Shown here: positions 1-13,379 of the stretch, piece after piece
Position numbering within the stretch: the stretch's first letter is position 1
How the letters are laid out: each line of letters begins with the position of its first letter
Source of the DNA: Mobula birostris
Taxonomy: Eukaryota
Assembly (NCBI RefSeq): GCF_030028105.1
Contig: NC_092391.1
Location: 15,597,223 to 15,661,222, forward strand
Direction of reading: 5' to 3'
Length of the DNA stretch: 64,000 nt
Notes under the pieces: model-generated
Database searches by the model: none
What the model was told of the DNA's origin: nothing
What the model saw: the letters and a program-made list of their open reading frames with translations, nothing else
Translations under genes and position numbers: made by a program

Positions 1-990
1 ACAACTGGGTCTCTAGCACTGAGTTTGGCCCTGTGGCTCAGAAGGGAAAGGGGAAGAAGAGGACTGCAGCAGTGATGGGAGATTCCATAGAGGAGTAGAC
101 ATGAGATTCTGTGGGCACGGTAGGGACAGCTGAATGGTATGTTGTCTCCCAGGTACCAGGGTCATGGATATCTTGGACTGGGTCCATAACATTCTAAATG
201 GGGAGGATGAGCATCCAGAAGTCTTGGTACTAAATAACACCAATAACTTACATAGGGGGGAAAAAAGAGGAGGTCCTGAAGAGAGAATTTGGAGAGCTAG
301 GTAGAAAACTGAACAGCAGGACCTTCAGTGTAGCAATCTCTGGATTGCTGCCTGTGCTACGTGCCGGTCGGGGTAAGAATAGGATGATTTGGCAGATGAA
401 TGTGTGGCTGAGAAACCGGTGCAAAGGGCCGAGTTTCAGATTCCTAGATCATTGGGATCTCTTCTGGGGAAGGTATGACCTGTACAAAAGGGGCAGATTA
501 CACCTGAAACTGAGGGGGATTAATATCATTGCAAACAGGTTTGCTAGAGCTGTAAGGGTGGGTTTGAACTAATTTGGCAGGGAGATGGAAACAGCAGTGA
601 TAGAGCTGTGGTAAAAGCTGCCTGTTTACAAGCAGAGGCAGTGTGTAATGAAACTGTCAGGAAGGACAAGCAGATAATAGGGTAAAATTGAATTCAGTGG
701 GATGTGTTGCAGTGTAAAACGGGGACAGATTGAAAAGGGTAACAGATAGAGGACTAAAGGTGTTACATGTAAATGCACGCAGTATACGGAATAAGGTAAA
801 TGATCTTATAGTGCAGTTAGAGATTGGCACGTATGATGTGGGCATATCCGAGTCATGACTGAAAGAAGATTATAGTTGGGAGCTCAACATCCAAGGACAC
901 ACATTATATTGAAAGGACGGGCAGGTAAGCCGAGGAGGTGGTGTGGCTCTGTTAGTACATAAAAATCAAATCCTTAGAAAAGTGACATAG
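1..990 (+). mobile_element. CR1 LINE, 5' part (decayed ORF1 esterase and start of ORF2 endonuclease)
   Basis: GFRFLDHWDLFWGRYDLYKR..LHL (SGNH-type CR1 ORF1), then LKVLHVNARSIRNKVNDL...RGGGVALLV with stops. Interrupted by an L1 at about 991. Confidence 0.88.
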
Positions 991-3900
991 GAGGTTCCGG
1001 TGCTGTCATCGTCCAGAATGGCAGCATAAAGCAACGGCTCCTCCAGAAAAACACATATGTTGCACCGTTAATCCATCAAATATAAGATCTTTTGAAAATA
1101 TCAATTGATAAGGGGGGCAAGAATGGAGATTTTAAAAAGCATCAGTGCGGAGCCTGTGGAAGAGAGAGGTGCAGCGAGCGGCTCTCCTATACGTGCACGT
1201 GGTGGCGAGGCTGACGCGGGCCCTCATTCAGGCGAAGCGGCAAATATGATAAAGACTCTGGAAGAGATAAGGGAAGTCCAAAAAGATATAAAACAGCAAC
1301 TCAATGATATAAAGTCAGAGCTCGCCAACGTCAATCAGAAAATAGCGATGGCAGAGACTCGAATTCAGAAGGTGGAAGATTGCGTACAAAACATGGAACA
1401 GATACTAAGTAAGACGATAAAAATATTAAATCAACAGGAAAGTAAATTGCTTGACCAGGAGGGAAGACCGCGACGGAAAAATGTCAGGATTTATAATGTT
1501 CCTGCAGGAGCGGAGGGATTGTCGATGACGGACTTTATAGAAAAGCTGCTGTGGGAAGCGCTGGAGATTCCCCTGAATATGGAGATTGAAGTTGAGAGGA
1601 CGCATCATGCGCTCGTCCTGAGGCCTTCCGGAGACAGAGAAAGTAAGCCGCGCTCAATAGTACTTAGATTCCTTCGATTCAAGAGCAAAGCGGAGATTCT
1701 ACAAAGGGCCTGGGGTAAGAAGAGGGTGTTTTGGAACAGTGAGTTAATATTCTTCGATCATGATTACCCCCCGGCAGTCCTACAGAAACGGAAGGAATAT
1801 TCCGAAGCGAAACAAATATTAAACCAAGAAAAGATTAAATTCCAAACCCCGTACCCTGCTAAACTGAGAGTATTTTACGAAGGAGGGATGCAGCTATATC
1901 AGACAGTGGAAGAGTCGACTACAGACATGAAGAACAGAGGGCTGCCATTAGCGTGGTCAAACCAAGGGAAAGTCTGGCTGAGCAGTTATCCCGATCTGCT
2001 TGGGAAATAGTAAGAGAACCGAGAAAGCAGGGGACAGAAACAGGACGAGAGAAGGATATTAGGAAGAGACTGTAAGTTCTCCGAGGACAGCCCTCACTTC
2101 CCCCAGAAGAGCCATAAGGTTTTAAAAGTGCTGAGAAATTAAACGGAAGTAAAAATAGACGGTGATATACCTATACTGTATAGAGAAATACATATTATAA
2201 TATGGATTTTATATTACCTGTACTCAATTTTTAAAAAAAATCATTCATTCATTCCCTTTTTCCCCAGCTAAATGAGGATATATACATGGGAGGAATACAC
2301 AGGGAAATAGTTTCTATGTAATGGACATAGATTTATTTTACTTACTTTTATAGGTACTGCAGCAGGGGCCCTCAACTCACAGGTAAGAAGGGCTATCCCC
2401 CACGGCTAGATGTTTCTTCTAGCTCAACCCAGGGTCATCTAGAGACCCCAGCCTTGGAATTACACCTTCGTTACCTTTTTTTTATTATTCACGTTTCTTG
2501 GCTCTTATTTGTTCAGGGAGTAGATCAATTAAATTGTATTCTGCAAATTTCAATGATATACTAACAGATAAATACACATTGCTAAGGACAAAGTAAAATT
2601 CATTTCTTTTAATGTCAATGGGCTGTTGAATCCAGCCAAGCGCAGTAAAATTCTATCAAAAATGAAAAAAGAACAAGCCCATGTAATATATTTACAGGAA
2701 ACTCACTTAAGTGATAATGAGCATGGAAAATTAAAGAGAATGGGCTTCACTAATTTGTTTTTCTCCTCATATAAATCAGGATATAGTAGAGGAGCTGAAC
2801 TAAAAGCTGCAATTAGTAGGCTTAAATTAAGCAAGTCACCAGGATCAGATGGATATACGGCAGCATGATATAAAGAGTTTAGAAGTGAGTTAATCCTTGT
2901 TTTACTCCCCACACTGAACTGGGCCCTGAGAAAGGCGCAAATGCCACCCAGCTGGAAGGAGGTGATAATCTCAGCTATACCGAAAGAAGGCAAGGAGAAA
3001 ATGGAATGTGGGTCATTTAGACCAATATCTGTTCTTAATGTAGATTATAGAATATTTACCTCCATCATGGCCAAACGATTAGAAGAGTTTCTACCCACAC
3101 TGATACATAATGATCAGACAGGTTTCATACAACAACGCCAAACACAAGACAATATACGAAGGACACTTCACATTATGGATCATATATTTAAAAAATGAAA
3201 TTGAAGCAAGAGTGATAAATGTGGACGCTGAAAAGGCATTTGATTCAGTTAATTGGAATTTTCTTTATAGAGTTTTACTTAGATTTGGTCTACATGACAT
3301 AATTATTAAAACTATACGACAATCCTACTGCCAGGATTGAAATCAATGGATATTTATCTAATAGTTTTACCCTAGAAAGGGGCACAAAACAGGGTTGTGC
3401 ATGGTCACCGCTACTCTTCGCATTATATCTGGAACCATTAGCTCAACACATCAGACAAAATGAAAATATCAGGGGAATTACTATTAAAGGGACAGAGCAT
3501 AACCTGTTAACGCAGATGACATTTTGATCTACCTAGGGCAACCAACAGACTCTTTACCTAAATTGATGCAGTCCTTTGAACAATATGGCCAATTATCAGG
3601 ATACAAGATCAACATAGATAAAACCCAACTACTTTCATATAACTATAGCCCACCAAGAGAAATTGAAAGTAGATATCCTTGGACATGGCAAACAGAGTCT
3701 ACCTTGGCAAAATTATCAGAATGCAATTATCAGCCTATATATAAAAAATTAAGGAAGATATAATAAGGTGCACCTAATTCCTTTTCTTGGTCTCAGTTCA
3801 AGGATTGAATCTATTAAAATGAATATACTGCCCAGACTATTATGTTTCTTTCAGACCCTACCAATAGAGATGAACCAAAATCAATTTAATGAATGGAACA

Positions 3901-4763
3901 AGATACTATCAAGATACATATGGCAAGGTAAAAGGCCTAGGGTTCGTCTCAAAACTTTGCAATTAGCCAAGGAAAAGGGGGGATGGGGCCTACCTTCTCT
4001 TAGAGATTATTATTTTGCAGCACAGTTGAGAGCTGTGATATGCTGGTGCAACCCATCATATGGTGCTCAATGGAAAAACATTGAGGAGAGGATACTTCCC
4101 ATCCCCATACAGGCAATTTTGGCTGATAACAGCCTACAGAGTTACATAAATAATATTGACAACCCATGAGTGAAATGGACTCTTAAAATATGGAAAACTA
4201 TTATAAAAGAATATAAACTAGAGAGAGTCATTGCAATAAATGGTATGCATATGACTCGGATTTTATGCCAAATAAACTGGATGCTAGATTTAAGGACTGG
4301 ACAGCTAAAGAAGTAACAGCTATTTGCAATATAATGAAAGAAGGAACACTGTTCAGTTTTGAAATGCTCAAAAAGAAACACTTATTAGAAAAACATGACT
4401 TTTACCGGTATTTACAGATGTGACAGTATGTTAATAGGAGGGTTAAAAATGTAACCAGGGCAAGTACATGTCTGATAGAGCTACTTAGAAAAGCATATAA
4501 TTCAGACAACGGTAGTAAAATCATTTCAAGCGTGTTTGTCAAATCTTAAAACACATTTGACCATACATTAAAACAAAATGGGAGAAGGAAGGAGGGATAA
4601 TATCTGAGGAAGACTGGACAATAATATGGAGGTATCAATGGAAGTGTATCAGTTCACAGAAATGGAGGGAGTTCGGGTGGAAAAACTTGATAAGATATTT
4701 TATTACACCCTCTCAGAAATCCCATTATGATAGTAACCCCCCTGTTTGCTGGCAAGATTGTGG
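991..4763 (+). mobile_element. L1-clade LINE, internally deleted and 3'-deleted, nested in CR1
   Basis: ORF1 plus ORF2 remnants: FNVNGLLNPAKRSKI..LQETHL (APE), KSPGSDG, FRPISVLNVDYRI, DAEKAFD, GGWGLPSL and CWQDCG (start of the Cys-rich C-terminal motif). Confidence 0.9.
1105..2010 (+). pseudogene. L1 ORF1p-like (coiled coil, RRM and CTD); C-terminus probably frameshifted
   Basis: Heptad-rich N-half, RRKNVRIYNVP, IEVERTH, PRSIVLRFLRF, IFFDHDY and PYPAKLRV motifs. Confidence 0.85.
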
Positions 4764-7358
4764 GTAGAGTTAACAAACTGCAAGGGTAGAAAGACTTTGA
4801 TGGGAGTTATAATACAGGCCTCTAAGCAGTAGCCAGATGTGAGCTAGAAATTACAATGGGAGAGAGGAAAGGCATGTCCAAAGATAGTCGTGGGGATTTC
4901 AATATACAGGTAGATTGGGAAAATGAGGTGGTGCTGGATTACAAAAGAGGGAATCTGTAGAATGCCGACAAGATGCTTTTTTAAAATAGCTTGTGTTTGA
5001 GCCCACTGGGGGATCAGCTATTCTGGACTGGGCATTGTGTTATAGAACATAGAACAGTTATAGCACAGGAATAAACCCTTTTGTCCACAATATTGTGCAA
5101 ACTAGCTAAAAAGCAAATGAAAAACACCCAAACACTAATGCCTCCTACCTATACAATGTCCATATCTCTCCATGTTCTTTACATCCATGTGCCTATCTAA
5201 ACATTTGATTAAAGAACTTGATTTAAAAGAACCCTTAGGAGAGAGTGATCATAATATGATAGAATTCACCCTGCAATTTGAGAGGGAGAAGCTAAAGTCA
5301 GATATATCAATATTACAGTGGAGTAAAGGAAGTTACAAAGGCATGAGAGAGGAGATGGCCAAAGTTGATTGTAAGGGGACACTGGCAGGGATGTCAGCAA
5401 AGCAGCAGAGTTTCTGGGAGCAATTCAGAAGGTGCAGGATAGCTACATCCCAGAGAAGTTTTCTTAAAGGCAGGATGATGCAACCGTGGTTGACAAGGGA
5501 AGGCAAAGCCTACATAAAAGCAAAAAGTTAGTGGGAAGTTAGAGGATTGGGAAACTTTTAAAAACCAACAGAAGGCATGTAAAAAAAAACTAAAAGAGAG
5601 CATGAAATATGAAGGTGAGCTCGTCTAAGAAGATACCAATGTTGTTTTCGGATATATAAAGAGTAAAAGATAGGCGAAAGTAGATATTGGACCGTTGGAG
5701 AAGTAATGGGAGGCAAGGAAATGGTGGACGAACTAAAGAAATATTTTCTTCACTGTGGAAAACACAAGCAATATGCTGGAAGTTCAGTAGTGTCAGGGGG
5801 CAGAAGTGAGAGCAGATGCTATTACTAGGACAAAGATGTTTGGGAAACTGAAAGGTCTGAAGATAAATAAATCACATGGACATGATAGATTACACCCCAG
5901 GCTTTTGAAAGAGATAGCTGAAGAGATTATGGAGGCATTGGTAATGATCTTTCAAGAATCACCAGATTCTGGCATACTAGTTCCGGAGGACTGGAAAATT
6001 GCAAAAGTCACTCCACTCTTCAATAAGGGAGGGAGGCAGTTAGCCTGACTTCAGTGGTTGGGAAGCTGTTGGGAGTCAAGTGCCAAGGAGGTGGTTTGGG
6101 GGTACTTCCAGGCATATGATAAAATAGGCCAAAATCAGCATGGTTTCCTTAAGGGAAAATCTTGTTTGATTAACCTGTTGGAATAGGCCAAGGAGAATCA
6201 GTGGATGTTGTGTACTTGGATTTTCAGAAGCTCTTTGACAAGGTGCCACACGTGAAGCTCCTTAACAGGATAAGATTCCATTACTGGTATTACAGGAAAG
6301 ATATTAGCATGGATGGATCATTGGCTGATTGGCAGGAGGCAAAGAGTGGGAGTAAAAGGAGCCTTTTCTGTTTGGCTGCCAGTGACTAGTAATGTTCTGC
6401 AGGGTTCATGTTAGGACTGTTTTTTACGTTGTATGTCAATGATTTGGATGACAGAATTGATGGCTTTGTGGCCAAGTTTGCAGACAATACGAAGATTGGT
6501 GGAGGGGCTGGTAGTGCTGAGAAAGCAGGGAGGCTGCAATAGGTCATAGATGGATTTGTAGAATGGGCAAAGAAACAGCAGATGGAAAACGGTATTGGGA
6601 TGTGCACTTTGGTAGAAGGAATAAAAGTATTTTCTGTGATTTTCTAAATGGGAAAAAAAATTTAAAAATCTGTGATGCAAATTGATTTGGGAGGCCTCAT
6701 GCAGGATTCCCTAAAGGTTCATTTGCAGGTGGAGTTGGTGGTGAGGAACACAAATGCAATTTTGCTTTCATTTTGAGAGGACTAGAATATAAAAGCAAGG
6801 ATGTAATGTTGAAGCCTTACGAGTCACTGGTGAGTCCTCACATAGAGTATTGTGAGCAGTCTTTGGCTTTTTATATAGGAAAGGCTATGCTGAAGGTTCA
6901 GGAGAATGAAAGTGCTATCATATGAGGAATAATTGATGTCTCTGGGCCTTTATTTGCTGGAATTTAGAAGCATGAGGGGGATCTCATTGAAACATCAAAT
7001 GTTAAAAGGCCTAAATAGAGTGGATGTGGAGAGGATGTTTTTTGTGGTGGGGGAGTCTAGGACCAGAGGCCACACCTTCAGAATTAAGGGGTGACCATTT
7101 AGAACGGAGATGAACAGAATTTCTTTAGCCAGAGGGTGGCAGATCTGTGGAATTCATTACCACAGGCAGCTGTGGAGGCCAGGTCATTAGGTGTATTTAA
7201 GGCAGAGGTTGATAGGCTCTTGATCAGTCAGGGCGTGAAAGGATACAGAGAGGAGGCAGGAGAAAAGTTTGAGAGGGAAATGGATCAGCCATGATGACAA
7301 GGAGGAGAGATTTGATGACTGAATGGCCTAATTCTGCTTCAGTGTCTTCTGGTCTTGT
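4758..7358 (+). mobile_element. CR1 LINE, continuation (decayed ORF2 APE-RT and 3' UTR)
   Basis: WVELTNCKG, EPLGESDHNMIEF, PEDWKIAKVTPLF, VYLDFQKxFDKVPH and KFADNTK motifs; 3' end ggcctaattctgct. Many stops and frameshifts. Confidence 0.88.
5042..5204 (-). mobile_element. Short CR1 3'-end fragment inserted in the older CR1
   Basis: Begins with the reverse complement of a (TTCTATG)n tail and resembles the CR1 end at 57035-57180. Confidence 0.7.
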
Positions 7359-7822
7359 ATTTGAGTAACAGGCCTATAGCTGTCCCTTATTGAATAATGA
7401 AGTTACATTTGCTATTTTCTGGTGCAACAGGACCTTTCTTGATCCTCTTATAGAACATTAAAACCAGCACATCAGCTATTCTATCAGCCATTTCTTTTCC
7501 AAGCCTAGTGTGCAGTCAATCTACACCCAGAGATGTCAGCACAAAACTCCAATTTGCTTAGTACCGCAGCTCTAGTGATTGACTTCCTTGAATTGCTCCC
7601 TTTCTTCCCATTCCATCACATAGTAAATTGAGGGGAAAATATTTTATGCAAAGAATAAATACAAATATCATTTGGCCTGCTGTTTTTTTGAGCCGATGCT
7701 TATGTATGTAATCACTGATTTGTAAATGCATGTTTTAATTTCATATTTCCACTAGGTGGCCATTCAGTTTATCAAGTCCACTGACTCACGAAGAAGTTTG
7801 ATCAATCATGTGACCACACTTA

Positions 7823-8366
7823 CACTCAGTGGCCACGTTATTAGGGGTACACCTATACACCACCTCATTTATGCAGATATATATAATTAGCCAATCACAT
7901 GGAAGCAATTCAATGCATGAAAAAGTAGCAGACATGGTCAAGTGGTTCACTTGTTGTTCAGACCAAACATTAGAGTGAGGAAGAAATGTGATTTAAGTGA
8001 CTTTGACTGTGGAATGATTATTGGTGCCAAATGGCGTGGTTTGAGTATCTCAGAAACTGCTGAACTGCTGCGACTTTCAAGCACAACAGTACCTAGAATT
8101 TACAGAGAGTAGTGTGGAAAACAAAAAGTAAAACAAAACACCCAGTGAGTGACAGTTCTGTGGGTGAAAATACTTTGTTAATGAAAGGTCAGAGGAGAAT
8201 GGTCAGACTGGTTCAAGCTGACAGAAAGGCGACAGTAACTCAAATTATGCATAAGAGCATATCTAAATGTGCAACATATCGAACTTTGAAGGGGATGAGG
8301 GTACAGCAGCAGAAGACCACACTGGGTTCCAATCCTGTATCTTATAAAAAGTGGCCATGCTGAGTG
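7823..8366 (+). mobile_element. Tc1-derived non-autonomous DNA transposon (family A, copy 1)
   Basis: TA|cactcagtggccac...gtggcca(tg)ctgagtg|TA terminal inverted repeats, with an N-terminal HTH transposase remnant (DLSDFD.GMI.GA..GLSISETA, RRMVRLVQADRKATVTQI). Confidence 0.85.
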
Positions 8367-8687
8367 TACTTTCCCTGTGATCTATGTCTCGGTTGCCCAT
8401 TAACTTCCCGCTGGTTTTCCTACTGTGTGCCTGCACTGGGTGGGAGGCAGGAATAATTTGCAGCAACTATCTAACCATTGTCTTTGTGGTTATGGGAGGG
8501 ATCTCACAGGAGGAATGTTCAAATTCCACGTGATAGCCCCAATTAAATTATGATCATTGGCACCTGCTTCTTCATCGTGCTGCCAAAAAGTTAAACATTT
8601 AGAACAATTTCCCAAAATCTCAACAATGAAAAAATCTCTTTGGACTCCATTTGTTCTGGAACACAGTTGTGAGCTGAACCAGCTACT

Positions 8688-9342
8688 TAGATTAGATTAT
8701 GAGGACACTCAGTCCTTGTTTATTGTCATTTAGAAATGCATGCATTAAAAATGATACAATGTTCCTCCAGAAAGATATCACAGAAACACAGGACAAACCA
8801 AGACTAAAACTGACAAAACCACATAATTATAACATATAGTTACAACAGGGCAAAGTAATACCATAATTTGATAAAGAGCAGACCATGGGCACGGTAAAAA
8901 CAAGTCTCAAAGTCCCGATAGACTCATCATCTCACGCAGGCGGCAGAAGGGAGAAACTCTCCCTGCCATGAACCTCCAAGTGCCGCAAACTTGCTGATGC
9001 AGCACCATTGGAAGCACCCGACCGCAGCGGACTCTGAGTCCGTCTGAAAACTTCGAGCCTCCGACACCGAGCACTGAGCACCATCCTCTGCCGAGCGCTT
9101 CGACCCCGCCCCAGCCGCCGAGCAACAGGCAAAGCCGAGGACTCGGGGCCTTCCCCTCCGGAGATTCTGGATCACACAGTAGCAGCGGCAGCGAAGCAGG
9201 CATTTCAGAAGTTTCACCAGATGTTCCTCTGTGCCCTCACGTCCATCTCCATCAAATCAGGATTGTGCACGGCACCCTACTTGACAGATAACAGACATCA
9301 CCACCGGAGTGGACGCTGTGAGCTGCGTCACGCCGCCATCTT
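8688..9342 (-). mobile_element. Non-autonomous about 650-bp retroelement with (TAATC)n tail (copy 1)
   Basis: Near-collinear with the copies at 19412, 28452 and 33207. 5' end aagatggcgg; 3' end AATAAA, GAGGAC-TGAGT-GTCCTC hairpin and tail. Confidence 0.85.
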
Positions 9343-9719
9343 CTCCATCTTTTCTATAATTGCTTCATTTGCTCTATGGAAGATAATCTTGAAGCATTTT
9401 GGATGACAAATCAAGATTTAGATGGCGATCCTATTCAGATACAATTGTATCATTTGATTCTGAACTATACATGGGAAGCTGATAGCAGTTCAACCCATTT
9501 TAGTTTCAGTGGAGAACTATTGCATTAAAATTGAACATGAGATTGGCTCCAAAGACAGTTCAATAATTTGCTGAAACTTTTTTTTAGGAGAGTAAATAAA
9601 AGTCTATGGCAATCCAGGACACTGTCCATTTGAAGAGGTGGGTTTGGGGGGAAGATTAACTTTGCATTTAATGCACAATTCATTAGCTACTTGATAGTTT
9701 AAAAGTAGTAATATCAGGA

Positions 9720-10010
9720 ATCTGGGTGGCAAGGTGACTGGGCTGGTAGAGTCTGTGTGGAATTTCCACATTCTCCCTGTGAATATGAGGGTTGCCTCTG
9801 GTCACTAATTTTCTCCCACTTTCCAAAAACGTGCAGGTAAGTTAGTTGGTCATTTTTTAAGTTCCCTCAGTATATCAGTGGTATAAGCTGAGGATGTTGG
9901 AGAGAATGTGATTAGTTTAGGATCGGTGTAAAATGGACGTTTTATGATCACCTTAGTCCCAGTGGGACAACCCGGTCTTCTTCAATGTTGTTTGAGTATG
10001 ACTCTTTGAC
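9720..10010 (+). mobile_element. Degenerate HE1/V-type tRNA-derived SINE
   Basis: tctgtgtggaattt..cacattctccctgtga..gggttgcctctgg V-domain-like segment shared with the copies at 40990 and 58290. Confidence 0.55.
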
Positions 10011-10164
10011 TTCAAAACATGTATAGCTATTATATGCCCTGCTGATTTAGAGATTTGGGAAATCATTTACTTGCAGTCTACAGCAGAAGCCTTACTCAGA
10101 GTGGCTGGAGTGAGATGAGCAAAAGAGATTAAAGATAATTCTGATTCCGTATCATTGATGCATA

Positions 10165-11365
10165 CATCAGGTTGCACTTTATCAACTACAGCTCAGCATT
10201 TTCAATACCATCATCCCCTCAAAACTAATCAATAAGCTCCAAGACCTTGGCCTCAGTACCTCCTTGTGCAGTTTGATCCTGGATTTCCTCACTTGTAGAC
10301 GGCAGTCAGTTTGGATTGGCAGCAATATCTCCTCCACGATTTTCATCAGCCAGGTACACCACAAGGCTGTGTGCTTAGCCCCCTGCTGTACTCACTTTAC
10401 ACCTGTGACTGTGTGGCTAAGCACAACTTCAATGCCATATTCAAGTTTGCTGATGACACCATTGTTGTGGGCTGAATCAGCATACAGAAGGGAGATTGGC
10501 TGAGTGGTGTCATAACAGCAATCTCTCACTCAATGTCAACAAGACCAAGAAACTGATTGTAGACTTCAGGAGAGGGAAACCAGAGTCCATGAGCCAGTCC
10601 TCATCAGAGGAACAGAGGTGGAGAGAGTTGGCAACATTAAATTCCTGGGTGTTATTGCTGCAGAGGATCTGTCCTGAACCCAGCATGGAAGTGCGATCGT
10701 GAAAGAAAGCAATGCCTCTACTTCCTTAGGCATCTGCAAAGATTCAGCATGACATTTGCAACTTCGACAAACTTCTATAGATGTGTAGTGGAGAGTGTAT
10801 TGACTGGCAGCATCATGCCTTAGTATGGAAACACCAATGCCCTTGAATGGAAAATCCTACAAAAGGTACTGGACTTGGTCCAGTACATTACAGGTAAAAC
10901 CCTCCCAACCATTGAAATGTTGCCATAGGAAAGCAGCATTCACCATCAGAGATCCTCACTACCCAGATCATCCTCCCTTCTCACTGCTGCCATCTGGTAG
11001 AAAGAGCATGAGCCTCGGGACTCACACCGCCAGGCTCAAGAACAGTTACTACCCCTCAACCATCAGGCTCTTGAATAAAAAAGGATAAGTACACTCACTC
11101 ACCCCATCATTGAGATGTTTCCACAACCAAAGATCTCACTTTAAGACCTCTTTACCTCCTATCTCATGTTCTCATTATTTATTGCTATTCATTTATATTT
11201 GCATTTGCAGTTTGTTGACTTCTGCACTGTGGTTGATCTTTCAATGATCCTGTTGTGGTTGCTGCCCTATAGATTTGCTGAGCATGCCCACAGGAAAATG
11301 AATCTCAGGGCTGTATATGGTGACATATATGCACTTAGATAATAAAACTTACTTTGAACTTTGAA
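10165..11365 (+). mobile_element. Rex-Babar (Rex1-like) LINE 3' part, decayed
   Basis: [14 protein letters not shown]..[14 protein letters not shown] and NLSLNVNKTKKLIVDFRR motifs; AATAAA followed by an (ACTTTGA)n tail. Confidence 0.85.
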
Positions 11366-11528
11366 GTGAGTACCTTGGCTTCTGATGGTCCTTTATTTGG
11401 TCAATTAGATTCAAACTGAACAAAAAACCAAATTACCACAATAATTTGTATACGTGGTGTCAATCAAAATCATCAGTACTGTATTTCAACACTTTATATT
11501 TAATGCATTACTTTGCTGCAGTTGCATT

Positions 11529-12390
11529 TAGTCATAGTCATAGTCACACTTTATTGATCCCGAGGGAAATTGGTTTTTGTTACAGTTGCACCTTAAATAA
11601 TTAAATAGTAATATGTAAATTATACCAGGAAATAAGTCCAGGACCAGCCTATTGGCTCAGAGTGTCTGACCCTCCAAGGGAGGAGTTGTAAAGTTTGATG
11701 GCCACAGGCAGGAATGACTTCCTATGATGCTCTGTGTTGCATCTCGGTGGAATGAGTCTCTGGCTGAATGTACTGCTGTGCCCAACCAGTACATTATGTA
11801 GTGGATGGGAGACATTGTCCAAGATGGCATGTGACTTCGACAGCATCCTTTTTTCAGACAGCACCATCAGAGAGTCCAGTTCCATCCCCACAATGTCACT
11901 GGCCTTACAAATGAGTTTGTTGGTTCTGTTGGTGTCTGCTACCCTCAGCCTGCTGCCCCAGCACACAACAGCAAACATGATAGCACTGGCCACCACAGAC
12001 TCATAGAACATCCTCAGCATCGTCCGACAGATGTTAAAGGACCTCAGTCTCCTCAGGAAATAGAGACGGCTCTGACCCTTCTTGTAGACAGCCTCAGTGT
12101 TCTTTGACCAGTCCAGTTTATTGTCAATTCGTATCCCCAGGTATTTGTAATCCTCCACCATGTCCACACTGACCCCCTGGATGGAAACAGGGGTTACCGG
12201 TGCCTTAGCCCTCCTCAGGTCTACCACCAGCTCCTTAGTCTTTTTCACATTAAGCTGCAGATAATTCTGCTCACACCATATGACAAAGTTTCCTACCATA
12301 GCCCTGTACTCAGCCTCATCTCCCTTGCTGATGCATCCAACTATGGCAGAGTCATCAGAAAACTTCTGAAGATGACAAGACTGTGCAGTA
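11529..12390 (-). mobile_element. Rex-Babar LINE 3' part with an intact 216-aa C-terminal frame (relatively young)
   Basis: ORF 12299-11649: WCEQNYLQLNVKKTKELVVDLRR, YKYLG, QSRLYFLRRLRSF, KSFLPVAIKLYN; KFSDDS just upstream; (TGACTA)n tail. Confidence 0.88.
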
Positions 12391-13379
12391 GCTTAAGTTT
12401 GTATATATCTTGGTAATAAGATCACTGTTCTTTTAAGTACAGCACTGAAGATCTGTGCCTAAAATGGATATTCATGTGGTGCTGTGACACCTTTGTGTTT
12501 TGATGTTCCCAGATCAATTTATTTAAGCAGTACTGCCAAGTTTTTGGAAACCTAACGACTTGATCTTATCTCTGCAGGGAATATTCTAATCCAGTGGGTT
12601 TTAGTAATAGACTGACATCTAGATTGTTAAACTGATCTGAATGACAAGTTAAAATTGTACCAAAATGAAAATTTTAAAACAGTTAATTAATAATTTGTAC
12701 TTAATATTTATTAAAAATACGATGTTAGATTATTATTAAAGACTCACCTGGATCACTATATACATCTGGTCTTTACCTGATATCAGACTCTCAGCAGTGA
12801 AATTGGCTTTTTTCTGTGGAGGGTCCTGACAGCCACTAGCTTTAAGAGGAATTAGAGAGATAAATGCCAGCCTTTCAAGCAAAACTCCTGTCAGAACATG
12901 AAAATCTTTTTTGATTTTATTTGAAGCTGTGTTTCCATTGAATTGACTTAAAGCTTTAACTCATCCTGTCCTTTTTTTATCACTTATTTTATTTTGACGA
13001 TGAAGTGTCCAAAAATTGCTGGTACCCAGTTTCAAAATATTCGTGATTTTCATTGTTCAAAGAGAAAGAAAGCATCTTTATAGTAGGAGAATTTAGGAGT
13101 CTAGGAATAAGTTTTTTGTTTTTTTAGTTTCTTGCTCAACCTGCAGGTGGCACCCAAGTGCCATGGCTGTACAACTGAATAGAGCTTCCGAAATTCTTGC
13201 ATCCATGACTCGCTGAGTTCCTCCAGCATTTTGTGTGTGTTGTTCTGGTGTCATCTGCAGAATTCCTGAGTAATGTTACTTTTCCAAGAAAGGTCACCCT
13301 TGTGTGTTCTCACACATCGCTCCAATATACCATTTCATATCTTCGGACTTTCTTCCACGTTACGTTATTACTCAAGTCC

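Noticed and set aside
8907-9217. Recurrent about 97-aa ORFs (MKLLKCLLRCRCYC..., also at 28577, 19356 and 33095)
   Set aside because: Several overlapping frames are open in a GC-rich repeat, and indels between copies do not preserve one frame. Treated as non-coding repeat.
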